This document shows, piece by piece, positions 1 through 11,392 of a stretch of DNA of 64,000 nucleotides. Position numbers and translations under genes: made by a program. Source of the DNA: Ascidiella aspersa (lineage: Eukaryota); the NCBI GenBank assembly GCA_963924565.1, contig OZ004613.1:13454001-13518000 (forward strand), given 5' to 3'. Numbering within the stretch: position 1 is the first letter of the stretch; each line of letters opens with the position of its first letter. Below the pieces are notes generated by a model that did no database searches, was not told the DNA's origin, and was given only the letters and a program-made list of their open reading frames with translations.

Positions 1-3000
1 TGAGATGGTGTCAATATATTTATAGTGGGTTTTGTGGCAAAGTTTTGTCCAATTAATACACCGTTGCGACATTTGTTTCGCAATTGAAAAGTTACCCTTT
101 TTAAACGGGGAAACTATATGGTCTCAAATAATCTTACATTAAATTAAAATATTGTTTGCTGATAATTCTATTAAAGCGTACCTCGGCCCTGCAGAAAACG
201 GAATAAAGACAAATGATGGCCGTCCAGCAGATCTTTCGGGGCTGAATCGATCAGGGTCGAAAACCTGCAATATGTAGTTTTTAATATAAATTTAATATTT
301 TAATCTCTGGCGGAAATCAGGTCAGTTATCTCTTGGCCTTCATGAGCTTAAGTTTCACGATTTTTTATCTAGATTGGCGCAAAAATGCCTATACTTTCTA
401 CACAAAATAGAAAATAGAAAAAAAATAACAGCAAATTAAGCTACATAGTTTTGAATATTATTAAGTAAAATTCTCTGCATTTTTAAATCCGGAGTATAAC
501 TTTCTGTTACGTTCTACCATTCGAGCGCCTTTCACTTTGGGGTTATTCAGGCAAACCTAAATAATTCTTGGTCTCAGTAACCTCGGGATTTTCCCATATG
601 TGAGGATTCCTGTGCATGGCGAAGATGTTAATGCCAACGAAGGTCCCGCTTTTAATTGCGATTTCCTTATAGTCGTTAAAGCGATGCGACAGTGTGACAT
701 CTTCGGTAATCTCGCGTGCTGTCGCGAGCAGAACCGGCATAAGACGTTGCGACTCTTTGATGCATTGGGTTAGATAGGCCAAATTCGGCATGTCGTTCCT
801 TAAGGGGAAATAATTGGTCATTAATTTTATTAGAAAAGGGAATCAATAAATCCTATTTCAATGCACCGAAACTATATGCACATATTAATCTCTAAATGCA
901 AATTAAGACAATAAGAAACTACATAATCTAGATTACGTGGCCCATACTTTGAATGATTTTAAATGTTTTTTGAATCGGTGTACTCAACAATTTGTTAGTA
1001 TCAATGTTTTTGCCGACAACTAATTGATGTAACGTCAGTCGAATATTTGTCATATTACTAGCGAAAACAAAATCGAGAACAGTTTATTGCAACGCCGGAA
1101 TTGTTGTTTGAACTCTGTTTTCTAACCTTCCTAGTTTTAATAATAACCACGAAGTGAGGCGGAAAGTGGTTTCCCGTAAAGTGTGAGGTAAAGTTGTATT
1201 TCGTAACTCAGCCTTATCGTTGTTGGCTTACCAGCATATTTCGGAACTCGTTCCAACAGCTTCCATGATCTCATCGCGACACTTTTGTTGAATCGTTAGG
1301 TGGTTGGCCAAATAATACAAAACCCAGCACAAAGCTTAAGAGTATATATGAGTTTGATTATACGTATTATGTTCTACTGCATAGATTTACCACTTTTTGT
1401 AACAGCAAAACGTGGTACACAACCCTTTGGCGTCTTTGTTGTCAGTCTCGGTCTAAAGATTTAGGACGAGCGATCTGTCATATATGCGTTAAACAAAATT
1501 GATTGATTTGTTATGGAATAGTAAGATGTATAATTTTATTTCCAGCCTGAATCTAACAATTACACAACCAACTCAAGCTTTGTTTTCTTTTAAATTATTA
1601 ACATAATCATATTTACAACATTGGACTTTTTTAACAGCTATATGTACAGGAGCAAAAACGTACCGTTTCATTACTATAAATATTAGTTTGAAGTAGATAT
1701 TCTTCTAAAACTTTTTTCTATCTGTTATTCAAACAGTGGTGTACAAATATCCTAATGTTCAAAGAAGATTTTTTTTATTAGAACGATTTACGTTAAAATA
1801 TCGATTTACGTAAAAATATATATTCGGCACACCAGCAGTAGTTTCAATTACATGGCCGCATTTTTATTTTATTTTTTAAATACATTTTTTTATTATGGAT
1901 TACTGTAAAAGTTAAACTAATTATAATCAGTAATTAGCGTACTTTTGTAGTTTAATAAGTAAACTTACTGTTTTTTTTTCTGTTGCAATAATGTTTCTAT
2001 ACCTTTCTAAAGAAAACACGCTGATATGGAAGTCACATTGGTAGTAAATCTCCGCCAAACATAGCGTCGTTTTAGGAAACACAATAAAATTAATGTCGTA
2101 GTGATATTATGCAAACGTTAAATGTAGAACTGGTAAATACCAAAATATCGTATATTCTCCCATTTGTTTGTTAAAACTTTGAAAACAGCTACTCTGACGG
2201 TTAATAATTAAAAATAAAAATAGAAATATTAATCGCAAGGAAGAATCATAACAATCATGGTAAGATTTTTACAGTAAACACAGCAACGATTCATTTGGGA
2301 AACAAACGGTCTTTTACATGTTAAACTAGGATGAAATAAACATGTTATTTTATCTCTCTCAATTTTAATTTTAGTCCATTCGCAGGCTGCAAAGTGATTC
2401 CGGGCAAAGGAATTGGTTCCGGTGTTTCGCCGTCCCTGTAGAACTCAAACCTTCGCAGTATTTGGCCAAGCACGACCCTCATTTGATGCATGGCGAAGTG
2501 CTGACCGATGCAATTCCTGCGACCATTTGAAACGAACATGAAATGTTTTACAATATTTTGTACCATTTGAGATGGTGTCGATATATTTATAGTGGGTTTT
2601 GTGGCAAAGTTTTGTCCAATTAATACACCGTTGCGACATTTGTTTCGCAATTGAAAAGTTGCCTTTTAAACGGGGAAACTATATGGTTTTAAATAATCTT
2701 ACATTAAATTAAAATATTGTTTGCTGATAATTCTATTAAAGCGTACCTCGGCCCTGCAGAAAACGGAACAAAGGCAAACGATGGCCGTCCAGCAGATCTT
2801 TCGGGGCTGAATCGATCAGGGTCGAAAACCTGCAATATGTAGCTTTTAATATAAATTTAATATTTTAACTCTTGTGGAAATCAGGACAGTCATCTTTTGG
2901 CCTTCATGAGCCTAAGCTTTGCGACTTTTCATCTAGATTGGCTATACTTTCTATACAAAATAGAAAATCGAAAAAAAAATATAACATCAAAGCTATTGTT

Positions 3001-4030
3001 TTGAATATTATTAAGTCAAATTCTCTGCATTTTTAAATCCGGAGTGTAAGTTTCTGTTACATTCTTGCATAAAACCTAGTTTGGTATTCTGGTATACATT
3101 GACTGTTTGCGATAACGATATTCACAACCCAACCATTCGATCGCCGTTCACTTTGGGGTTATTCAGGCAAACCTAAATAATTCTTGGTCTCAGTAACCTC
3201 GGGATTTTCCCATATGTGAGGATTCCTGTGCATGGCGAAGATGTTAATGCCAACGAAGGTCCCGCTTTTAATTGTGATTTCCTTATAGTCGTTAAAGCGA
3301 TGCGACAGTGTGACATCTTCGGTAATCTCGCGTCCTGTCGCGAGCAGAACCGGCATAAGACGTTGCGACTCTTTGATGCATTGGGTTAGATAGGCCAAAT
3401 TTGGCATGTCGTTCCTTAAGAGGAAAATTTTGGTGATTTATTTTATTAGAAACCGGCATCAATAAATCCTATTTTAATACACTGAAACTATATGCACATA
3501 TTAATCTCTTAACGCAACTTAACGAAATAAGAAACTACATAATCTAGATTACGTGGCCCATACTTTGAATGATTTTAAATGTTTTTTGCATCGATGTACT
3601 CAACAATTTGTTAGTATTAATGTTTTTGCCGACAACTAATTGATGTAATGTCAGTGGAATATTTGTCATATTGCTAGCGAAAACAAAAATCGAGAACAGT
3701 TAATAGCAACGCCGGAATTGTTGTTTGAACTCTGTTTTCTAACCTTCCGAGTTTTAATAATAACCACGAAGTGAGGCGGAAAGTGGTTTCCCGAAAAGTG
3801 CGAGGTCAAGTTGTATTTCGTAACTCAGCCTTATCGTTGTTTGCTTACCAGCATATTTCGGAACTCGTTCCAACAGCTTCCATGATCTCATCGCGACACT
3901 TTTGTTGAATCGTAAGGTGGTTGGCCAAATAATACAAAACCCAGCACAAAGCTTAAGAGTATATATGTGTTTGATTATACGTATTATATTCCACTGCAAA
4001 TAGATTTACCACTTTTTGTAACAGCAAAAA
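1..4030. repeat. Segmental tandem duplication, period ~2.6 kb (1-~1410 matches ~2568-4030)
   Basis: Shared anchors tgagatggtgtc at 1 and 2568, and gatttaccactttttgtaacagcaaaa ending at ~1410 and ~4028, with small indels in between. Confidence 0.9.
182..1334 (-). CDS. Tandem duplicate of CYP4 exons 8-10 (exon 11 copy expected before position 1); alternative 3' cassette or young partial pseudogene
   Basis: Copies at 1334-1232, 798-582 and 264-182 have the same lengths (103/217/83 nt), intact splice sites and open frames. Introns are also homologous to 2568-4030. Homology stops at ~1410 and no copies of exons 1-7 are present between 1410 and 2345. Confidence 0.75.
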
Positions 4031-7000
4031 ACATATTTTGGCTAATTAAAGCCTTAATATCGTATAATGCCAAAACTTATAACTCATTGCGGGACAAAAT
4101 GTTTTGTTATGCCTACATACTCAAGATAAAATACGTGCAGGTTTTGGAGCTAATTGGCCTATTAAGGCTATTAAAATGCTTCATAAGACCGTGGGTCGCA
4201 GTATTGAGCGTCCTTCATAATGAGTCAACAATCGACGCCGAACCCCTGACAGCTGTTAGTTTGTTAGAAACACTTAAACCTACAAGACAACGCGATTTCA
4301 AATATTTATTTTTTAAATATAGCCACTATGCAACAAGCTTTGTGACGAATTAACAATGTTGAAATGGAGCATTATTTTGTGTCTTTTGGTTTAATAGAGT
4401 TTTCTTTTGTGTCTTTGGCGTGCTAACAAAATGGTATTTTTGACTAATATATGTTATTTTACCTTGACTTGCATCAAATGAATCACCTGTGATATTGGGG
4501 ACAAGCGTTTAATTTTAAAACAAACATCTCTTACCACTAGAAACCGTGTCATGTCCTGCACTAAAGAACGTAGTGACTTCATCACTGATTTCGTCATCAG
4601 TCAATCCGACACCATCTTGGTCCTTCAATAAAAACACGAATGTCAGTACCTTAGCTTTTATTTGATATGGTTTCAAGTTGCGCAAATCGATGTATTATGA
4701 TCATTGTTTCTTTTAATGGTAGGAAGTCAAACTAACGCGGTGTACTTTGAATATATGAACGGCAAAAAGTAGATCAAATGATATACAACCTAAATCTATT
4801 AAATTTTTACTTATTACTCCTATAGGATCACCTTGGTTTGAATTAAGATATCAAGGAAATCAATGGATTTTCCTTTTCGCTTTCGGAATGTTAAAGTCTT
4901 GTTTCCATCATTCAGTTCGGCAATTTCACCTTGCTCGAAATCATTTGGCAACGAGGCCAATACCGCCCTCCGCTCCTGAATAATCTGCGCAATCATAGGA
5001 CACTTGCATTTTTAATTAATCCGGAAAGTTATTACGGTTTCAAGTTACACACGTTATTCTCAACCCGTATAAATGTTTTAAAATTTCCAGTTGCAATTTA
5101 ATATGAAATAAATTATGTAATTTGAATTTTTTTTGGGGTGATTATATTTAGTTTGATCATATGATTTGATTTGGTACACATAAAAATTGTTGAATAGGCA
5201 TTTGCTGTAAAATAGTCAGGAGTACAAAACATTTTATGTTTACCTTTTCAGCTTTGGCATGAATGAGTTTAGTGAGTCGGTAAAATCTTTTTCCCCGTTC
5301 GATGTTCTTGAAAACGATGTCGGGCCAGATGAGTGGAGAAAACATGCGATCGAAGATTATGGTTGAAACTTGCTGGACGCACTTAATGTACATGTCGTCG
5401 TTCCTTTTTAGCAATAAAAGGTGAAACGTATTAGTTCGAACGTCAACTTTCTTAATTTGTACTTCTTAAATATTTTGGACATGAAGTATCGCGATCCGAC
5501 CCGGTAACAAATTACGTCATTACTCTGCTCGAACAAGCAAGTTACATGAAATTAAAATATTAAAGGTAAATTTCAGTTCGTTACGTACAGATTATCCGGA
5601 GCGTTAGAAATTTGTGGTATTTGCAGTTGTTAATTTAAAGGGTGAAATCGTGGAAAATATATAAAGCAGAACAAGTTGTAAAAAATCTAAATCGTTTTCC
5701 TTGTAGTGCCGAATCCCCTATTGGAATTAGATGCATTTTCTTTTAAAGAAAAACAGCATGACTGAACAGAAAAAGTGCTATTAGTTTGTAAACAGTGTAT
5801 TGGCGATTTAATATGCGAGACGACCCGCGTGTTTGTCGGGATGCATGATCTTCGGTTAATTTCTTTATGGCTGAATTTTTAATTTCTTTCATTTTTAATT
5901 TCCTAATTTGTTTATGCCAGAATTTTGGATGGGTTTCTCTTTCAAGGTAGAATCACTGCGTTGTATGGCAAATCATGGCTAAAATTCCTATAATAACATC
6001 CGATCGGATCGGAACCGATGCTGCCCTATAGTATCGGATCAATTGGCATTGGGTATCGGCGCCGATCCGCCATCCCTACCCAAAACTAGTTTTCACAAAA
6101 TAAAGTGCGTGTAAAAAAAAACAACACGAACCGTAAAGTTTTATGTTTAAACTTACCAAACCCTAAATCAGGAGTTTTAGAAGATAAACAAACATTGTAA
6201 CTTTCACTTACTCCGAGCCCTTTTTTGTCTTTTGTGACATAACACACTCCAGCATGTTGGTGTACGACAAGTGAGAGAGATCGACGCTGACGTCATGAAC
6301 GCTCTCGTTACGCGCCGCTGATTCGAAATTCTCGTGTATCAGCCAGCAGTTCTTGTTGAACACCTTTATGTGTCTATATTTTGAAATATTCGATGGTTGT
6401 ATTGTTGTATTCACTATTTTTAGCGTATCGTATTTCGTTTGTGTATAGACCTAATTAAACCTTTGATTTTGAATAAATTGCCTTTTGAAAGATATTAGTT
6501 TTTTAAATAACTTGAGTAGCTGACTCCAGACCTGTGTAATGATTTAAATTCGATATTTGTTTGCAACAACTTTTTTGCGAATAACTTAATGTAAATTTTT
6601 AAGTTTTTTTTTTTTTTAAATTACTTGTTTTCAACACTGTCGCTTTGTATGTAAAAATTTCCTTTTGAATCACCGTTGAAGTAAATCGGTGTGGAAAATT
6701 GGCGTGATGAGGCGTCGATGGCGTTTCCATACGTTTCCCGCTGACGTAACAAGTCCTTCTCTCAAAAGCGGGCGAACGAACCATGTGTAGCCGAAGCTTT
6801 TTGGAACTGAACAAATGGTTAAAGAACTTTAAAGCATAAAAATCAAATTATTATTACGTACGCAGAATTATAGTCAAAACGGATGCTTTGTGGCTCGTAT
6901 TAATCTAACATAAAAAAACAATATTGTAAACGTACAGACTTGTTTTATGATTTTGCAGAGCAACCAAAACAAGTTTAAGTTTGTGACAATCTTGAAACTT

Positions 7001-7532
7001 ACAAGGTTTGGTAAAAACCGCCTTCACTACATCTGGATGGTGGAGGAAGATAGTCAAGTGAAGAGGACCCAACCAATTGGCGGTCATGGCCGGCAAGTAC
7101 TTAGTTCTTTTCGCCGTGTTTTCTAGTCCTTCGAAGTGGTTCAATCCGTACTAATCGTAGCATTATCGTTAGTTTTATTACTTTTTTCAAAGTTCAAGTA
7201 CGTTTGATAATAATACATAAGATTTGAACCTTACCGCCGAACTCATAATCTATATTTTTTTATAAAACAATATACAATACGCTTTGTAGCTTAACGGAAA
7301 CTTCTGAATCGATTTCAAAGTTAAACTCGACAAATTTTACCTTGTGAGTATGTCCCCAAAGCCAGTGTCGATCTTCATTGCCACCAACATCATTCGATAT
7401 CTTCCAAAATTCCGACTGGCGTTTAACAAAAGGAACAACTAACTTTACAACAGTGACAATCAACGCGGTGAGAGCTATAATGTAAGTTGACCAACCGCCA
7501 TGTAAGGACTGAGACATTGTGTCTGGTAACAT
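2345..7532 (-). CDS. CYP4: Cytochrome P450, CYP4 clan (CYP4A/B/F-like), 11 exons, 536 aa
   Basis: Exons 7532-7341, 7150-7003, 6806-6674, 6373-6212, 5403-5244, 4984-4832, 4622-4535, 3951-3849, 3414-3198, 2829-2747, 2516-2345. All introns are GT-AG and the 1611 nt join in frame. Motifs: N-terminal TM anchor, [19 protein letters not shown] (C-helix), DFLDIL, I-helix [13 protein letters not shown]-helix ESQR, FDPDRF, heme motif FSAGPRNCIG. An alternative start ATG is at 7517. Confidence 0.93.
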
Positions 7533-10269
7533 TTTAAGCGTTGCTACTACTTTCCTAAACAACTGTGAAATTTATTTCGTAATTAGAAAACGTAACTACA
7601 TTAAACGCGGAAGAAATAGCAAACCTGTAAAAAAGGTAACCATGTTCCTGATTTTAAGTAGTGCTTTTCAACAGAGATCTACGAATCCTGAAGGTCCGTA
7701 AAACATTTGCATTGAACTTGATCTGGAAACTGGCCGAAATTTAAAATGTTTAAAAATATTTGTTGAATGCAAAATTTAATAGCTGTGTTCAACCCTAGTA
7801 TACAATATGTTTTTATGTTTAATTGGACTACAATATCTCTGTTGTTGTAAGATTTTAATTTGACTATAAGATATTGTATTTAAAAGTTCGCTGATTTTGG
7901 TGAATTTAAGTGTCTTTTTAAATTTTATAACGGCTAGTCTCTACAAATATAGTGGTGTTAAGCTTAATCAATGATTTAAGGGGCTGTAACTCAAATATGG
8001 CTTGTAAGATTTGTTTGAAACGTTTACAGAATGTTAACTTTTCAACTGTGGCTTTACGCTGTACCTACTACAACCTTTTCGTTAGACCTATACTGCAATC
8101 TAAAGGTTACATCCACTATTCGGCTTGTCTTTCACACAGCGTAATGGATAAAATACGCTAACTAAATAAAAAAGAATATCATGTTGGTCGAAAAAAATGA
8201 CATTAAATGGCAGACAAAATTGCTATTAATTCGCCACATGCAAACAATGCTTTATAAACCCTTACTGGCATAATAGCAGTACAAAATTTTGATTACAGAC
8301 CTTTACAAATAGGGATCCCTAGGTTGGCGTTTATACACAACAATAAAACTCGAACTCGACAATAAAATATACGTTTATTTTCGGAATCTATAGTAGCCAT
8401 TAGTATAGTCTAGCTTAAACTATCCAAGGCGCATTATTACATCTCTGTGGCATTTATACAACGAAAAAATTGAAAAAAAACAACTGTGTACGGTACAGCA
8501 ATAGACTCACATCTGACATGCAAACATTTTTAACTGCAAAAATTAGTAATGGTTTATTTCAGAAGTACATCCTAAAAACTTTTATTCTAAATAATACCTT
8601 ACAGTCAGTAAATACAGATCAATTTGCGGTGTTACACACTTTGAGGTGGAAATTTTTAATAGACGCTTACGACGTGTTTTGACGTGGTATAGTTTAATAA
8701 CGACACGATAGTTCAAACAAAGTTCTGTGTGTGTTTGTCAAAAGTAAACAACTGCTCTTTTAAAACTTTTTGAAAATTGGCACGAAATAAATAACGCAGC
8801 TGTTTGCTTCAAACTTTTCCAGCATCCGTACCCAGAAAATGCCAGAATTATTAGAAACGAAATTGTTTGGCGCAATCCATATTGTGCGGTCTTTATTGCT
8901 TAATTGCTTAATCATAAAACAAGGTTTTAAGGTTAATGTAGCAATTTCTTTAGCGTTTCAGTTGATCATCGGTGAAATAGAATAATTTTCTTACCGAAAC
9001 GATAAATATTTAGAGATCACGTCAGAAAATTACGTCACAACGGGAAGTCTTAAATATATGTAACCGGAGGGTATCGTTCGATGAGATGCACAAATATGCA
9101 ACGGAAAACCCAGTTGTAATGCATTTAAGGAGATGGCTCGCTCGACTGGCGAAAAAGGACACGGCCTGGCAAAATGAGGGCATTTTTTCTTGTTTTATCC
9201 TTAAAAAGTATTTCAACGTAACGCCGCTTCGGCAGCTATTTTTTACCGCCGTTCTGGAACTCTTCGGCTTACTTGCACCACTATAAAAAATAAATCATGT
9301 TTTGCCGCGATTACTGATAAATTCGCTGTGAGTATAACAGAAGGGCATTAAATATTCTGAAAGAAAATGTTATATGTTAAAGTGCGTAGATCGCGAGCAC
9401 TTTTAAGTATGGGTATATGTACTGACTTATGTGTGTTTAGCGCTTTGATTCCTAAACTGTAGTGGCTAGCAGGGCTGCGGAATCGAAGTCGGTCTCGAGA
9501 AACGGGATTCGGGACTCGGGACTCGAGTAATACTACGTAAGGCTATCCGAGCCCCGAGTCCGACGTGCACATGCGCAGTACCAGATTTCAAAACTTAATA
9601 GACCGCAAAATGAGACGCAAATTTCTTCGTAAACTTGAAAAATGACCATGTCGTATTAAAATGCCAACTATATAAATGGATGTCTTACAATTTCATGGTA
9701 TTTAAGCACTTCCTGGTCTATTTTGAGGTCGATTGTCAAATATGATATTAGTATTATGTAGAAAGTGTCTCGCGATTTATTTTTAAACTTTGAGTGTTCC
9801 GCTGAAAAAGTTTTAAAACACTGATTTAGCGGTTTATTGTTGACCTGGCTAGTTTTGGCTAACACACAATTCAACATTTCAAAGGGAATACTGTATACAA
9901 TAATCGGAACGCACAGAACACTTAATAAAGGCGTACAGCGATTGGATTACCCCCTTTGTGCATTTCTGCGAGTAAAATTACCAAGAAATGAAATTAGAGC
10001 AAAATATGAAAATAAGTTATTAATTTTCCGAATAGATTTTAATGCACATTATTTTTGTATCATCAAATAAAAAGGTTATGTGACGGGTGACTATTGCGAT
10101 ATACCTGGTTTGCCTGTAAAACCTGTAATATCAGAGGGCAATTTATATTATATCTCTAAGTATTTACAAGCACTGACTATAGCTAAGGTGTAGTTTCATT
10201 TGCAACCTTAAGCAAAAGTCGTTTCCTTGACAAATACATTTTTGCGGGTCCTGTCCTTTGCAGGAGACC

Positions 10270-10476
10270 TATAAATACTTCGTTTCAGAATTGCAAAACA
10301 CAAAAAAATAATTTTGGTGGGCATATTTTAGACATATAGTTATTTAGCAATTGTTCTCTAAATTGATTTCGGTTGAGCATTTAATTTCAACCGGTTCACC
10401 GCTTTTCAAACACTTGCAATTGTGGTGAACAGCTTCAATATCGTAAAGAAGGCCACTGAAATGACTTTCCAGAAAA
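10270..10476 (+). promoter_or_regulatory. Candidate TATA box and upstream first exon of the JmjC gene
   Basis: TATAAATA at 10270 and a consensus donor AA|GTAAGT after 10476. ATG at 10461 (MTFQK+A) joins in frame to AG|TG at 11390/11391, giving MTFQKMMGLLALL. The acceptor has a poor pyrimidine tract. Confidence 0.35.
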
Positions 10477-11392
10477 GTAAGTGATTTAAAGTACAACTGG
10501 CGATTATGCAGAACAGGAAGTGGCAGCGCTGAAACCAGTTTTCTTTTCTGCTGCTTTCACATCCGGTTTCAGCACAGAGGTTACGCCACTACGCCAGCAG
10601 CTGTGTAGTGCTTTTTTCAGAAGGCCAGTATTGCTACATTTTTGGTTGCTATATAGCTGGCGTGTTGCGTCACATGCGAGCTAATGTTTTAAGTTTACTG
10701 GAAATCTTTATTAAATGTCGGTGTAAATAATTTACATATGAGTTCAGCATTAGTTATGTAGACATATCATGGATAACTCACATATTGTTATTTGGTTAAG
10801 CAGGCTGATTTGACAAACTATTATGTAGAACACGACAGTTGGTATACATCTTTTTTACTATATTATTTTAAGATAGATGACATGCGGTCTAGGATGATAT
10901 CTGAGTTGCTTTAATTTCCAAAGAGTGTGTGAATGCTGTCAAGTTGTTTCAGTGTTGCTTCTCAAGAAAAGATGGTTTAGTTGTCGTGTTATTCATTACA
11001 AACAAAAACGCGCAACCTATGCACATTCAAAACAACAAACGTGGCAAATTAACACGCCGGGTACATGCAGACACAATATAGGTTAAAAGTTTTTGAATTT
11101 AAACTTCTTTGCACAAAAGATGTTTATCATAATATAAAAGTTAGGTTTTGTGGAACAATTCGGTGCCACATAGCTTGCAGCTTACTTTGTCTAAAAACGT
11201 TGTGTCTCTTGGTTTTCCACTTTTTTGTATTTTATTACTGTATAGGAATTCTGATTAGGTTTAGTTAGTGTGCTTGCATTTTGCAGTGTATGGAATGTTT
11301 AGATGTCAATTTAGTCGCCGTCGATTACATCACATGCTGTTGTTACAAAGCAACAACATATTAGGAGCTGCAACCTCGCGTGTGAAACAGTG

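Noticed and set aside
9469-9565. CAGGGCTGCGG start with GGACTCG/CGAGTC repeats as a transposon end
   Set aside because: No matching second terminus or TSD found; probably a repeat fragment, but boundaries cannot be supported.
10519-10663. Telomerase RNA pseudoknot resemblance (U-rich loop followed by GCTGCTTTC)
   Set aside because: No CTAACCCT template nearby and no A-rich P3 partner strand.
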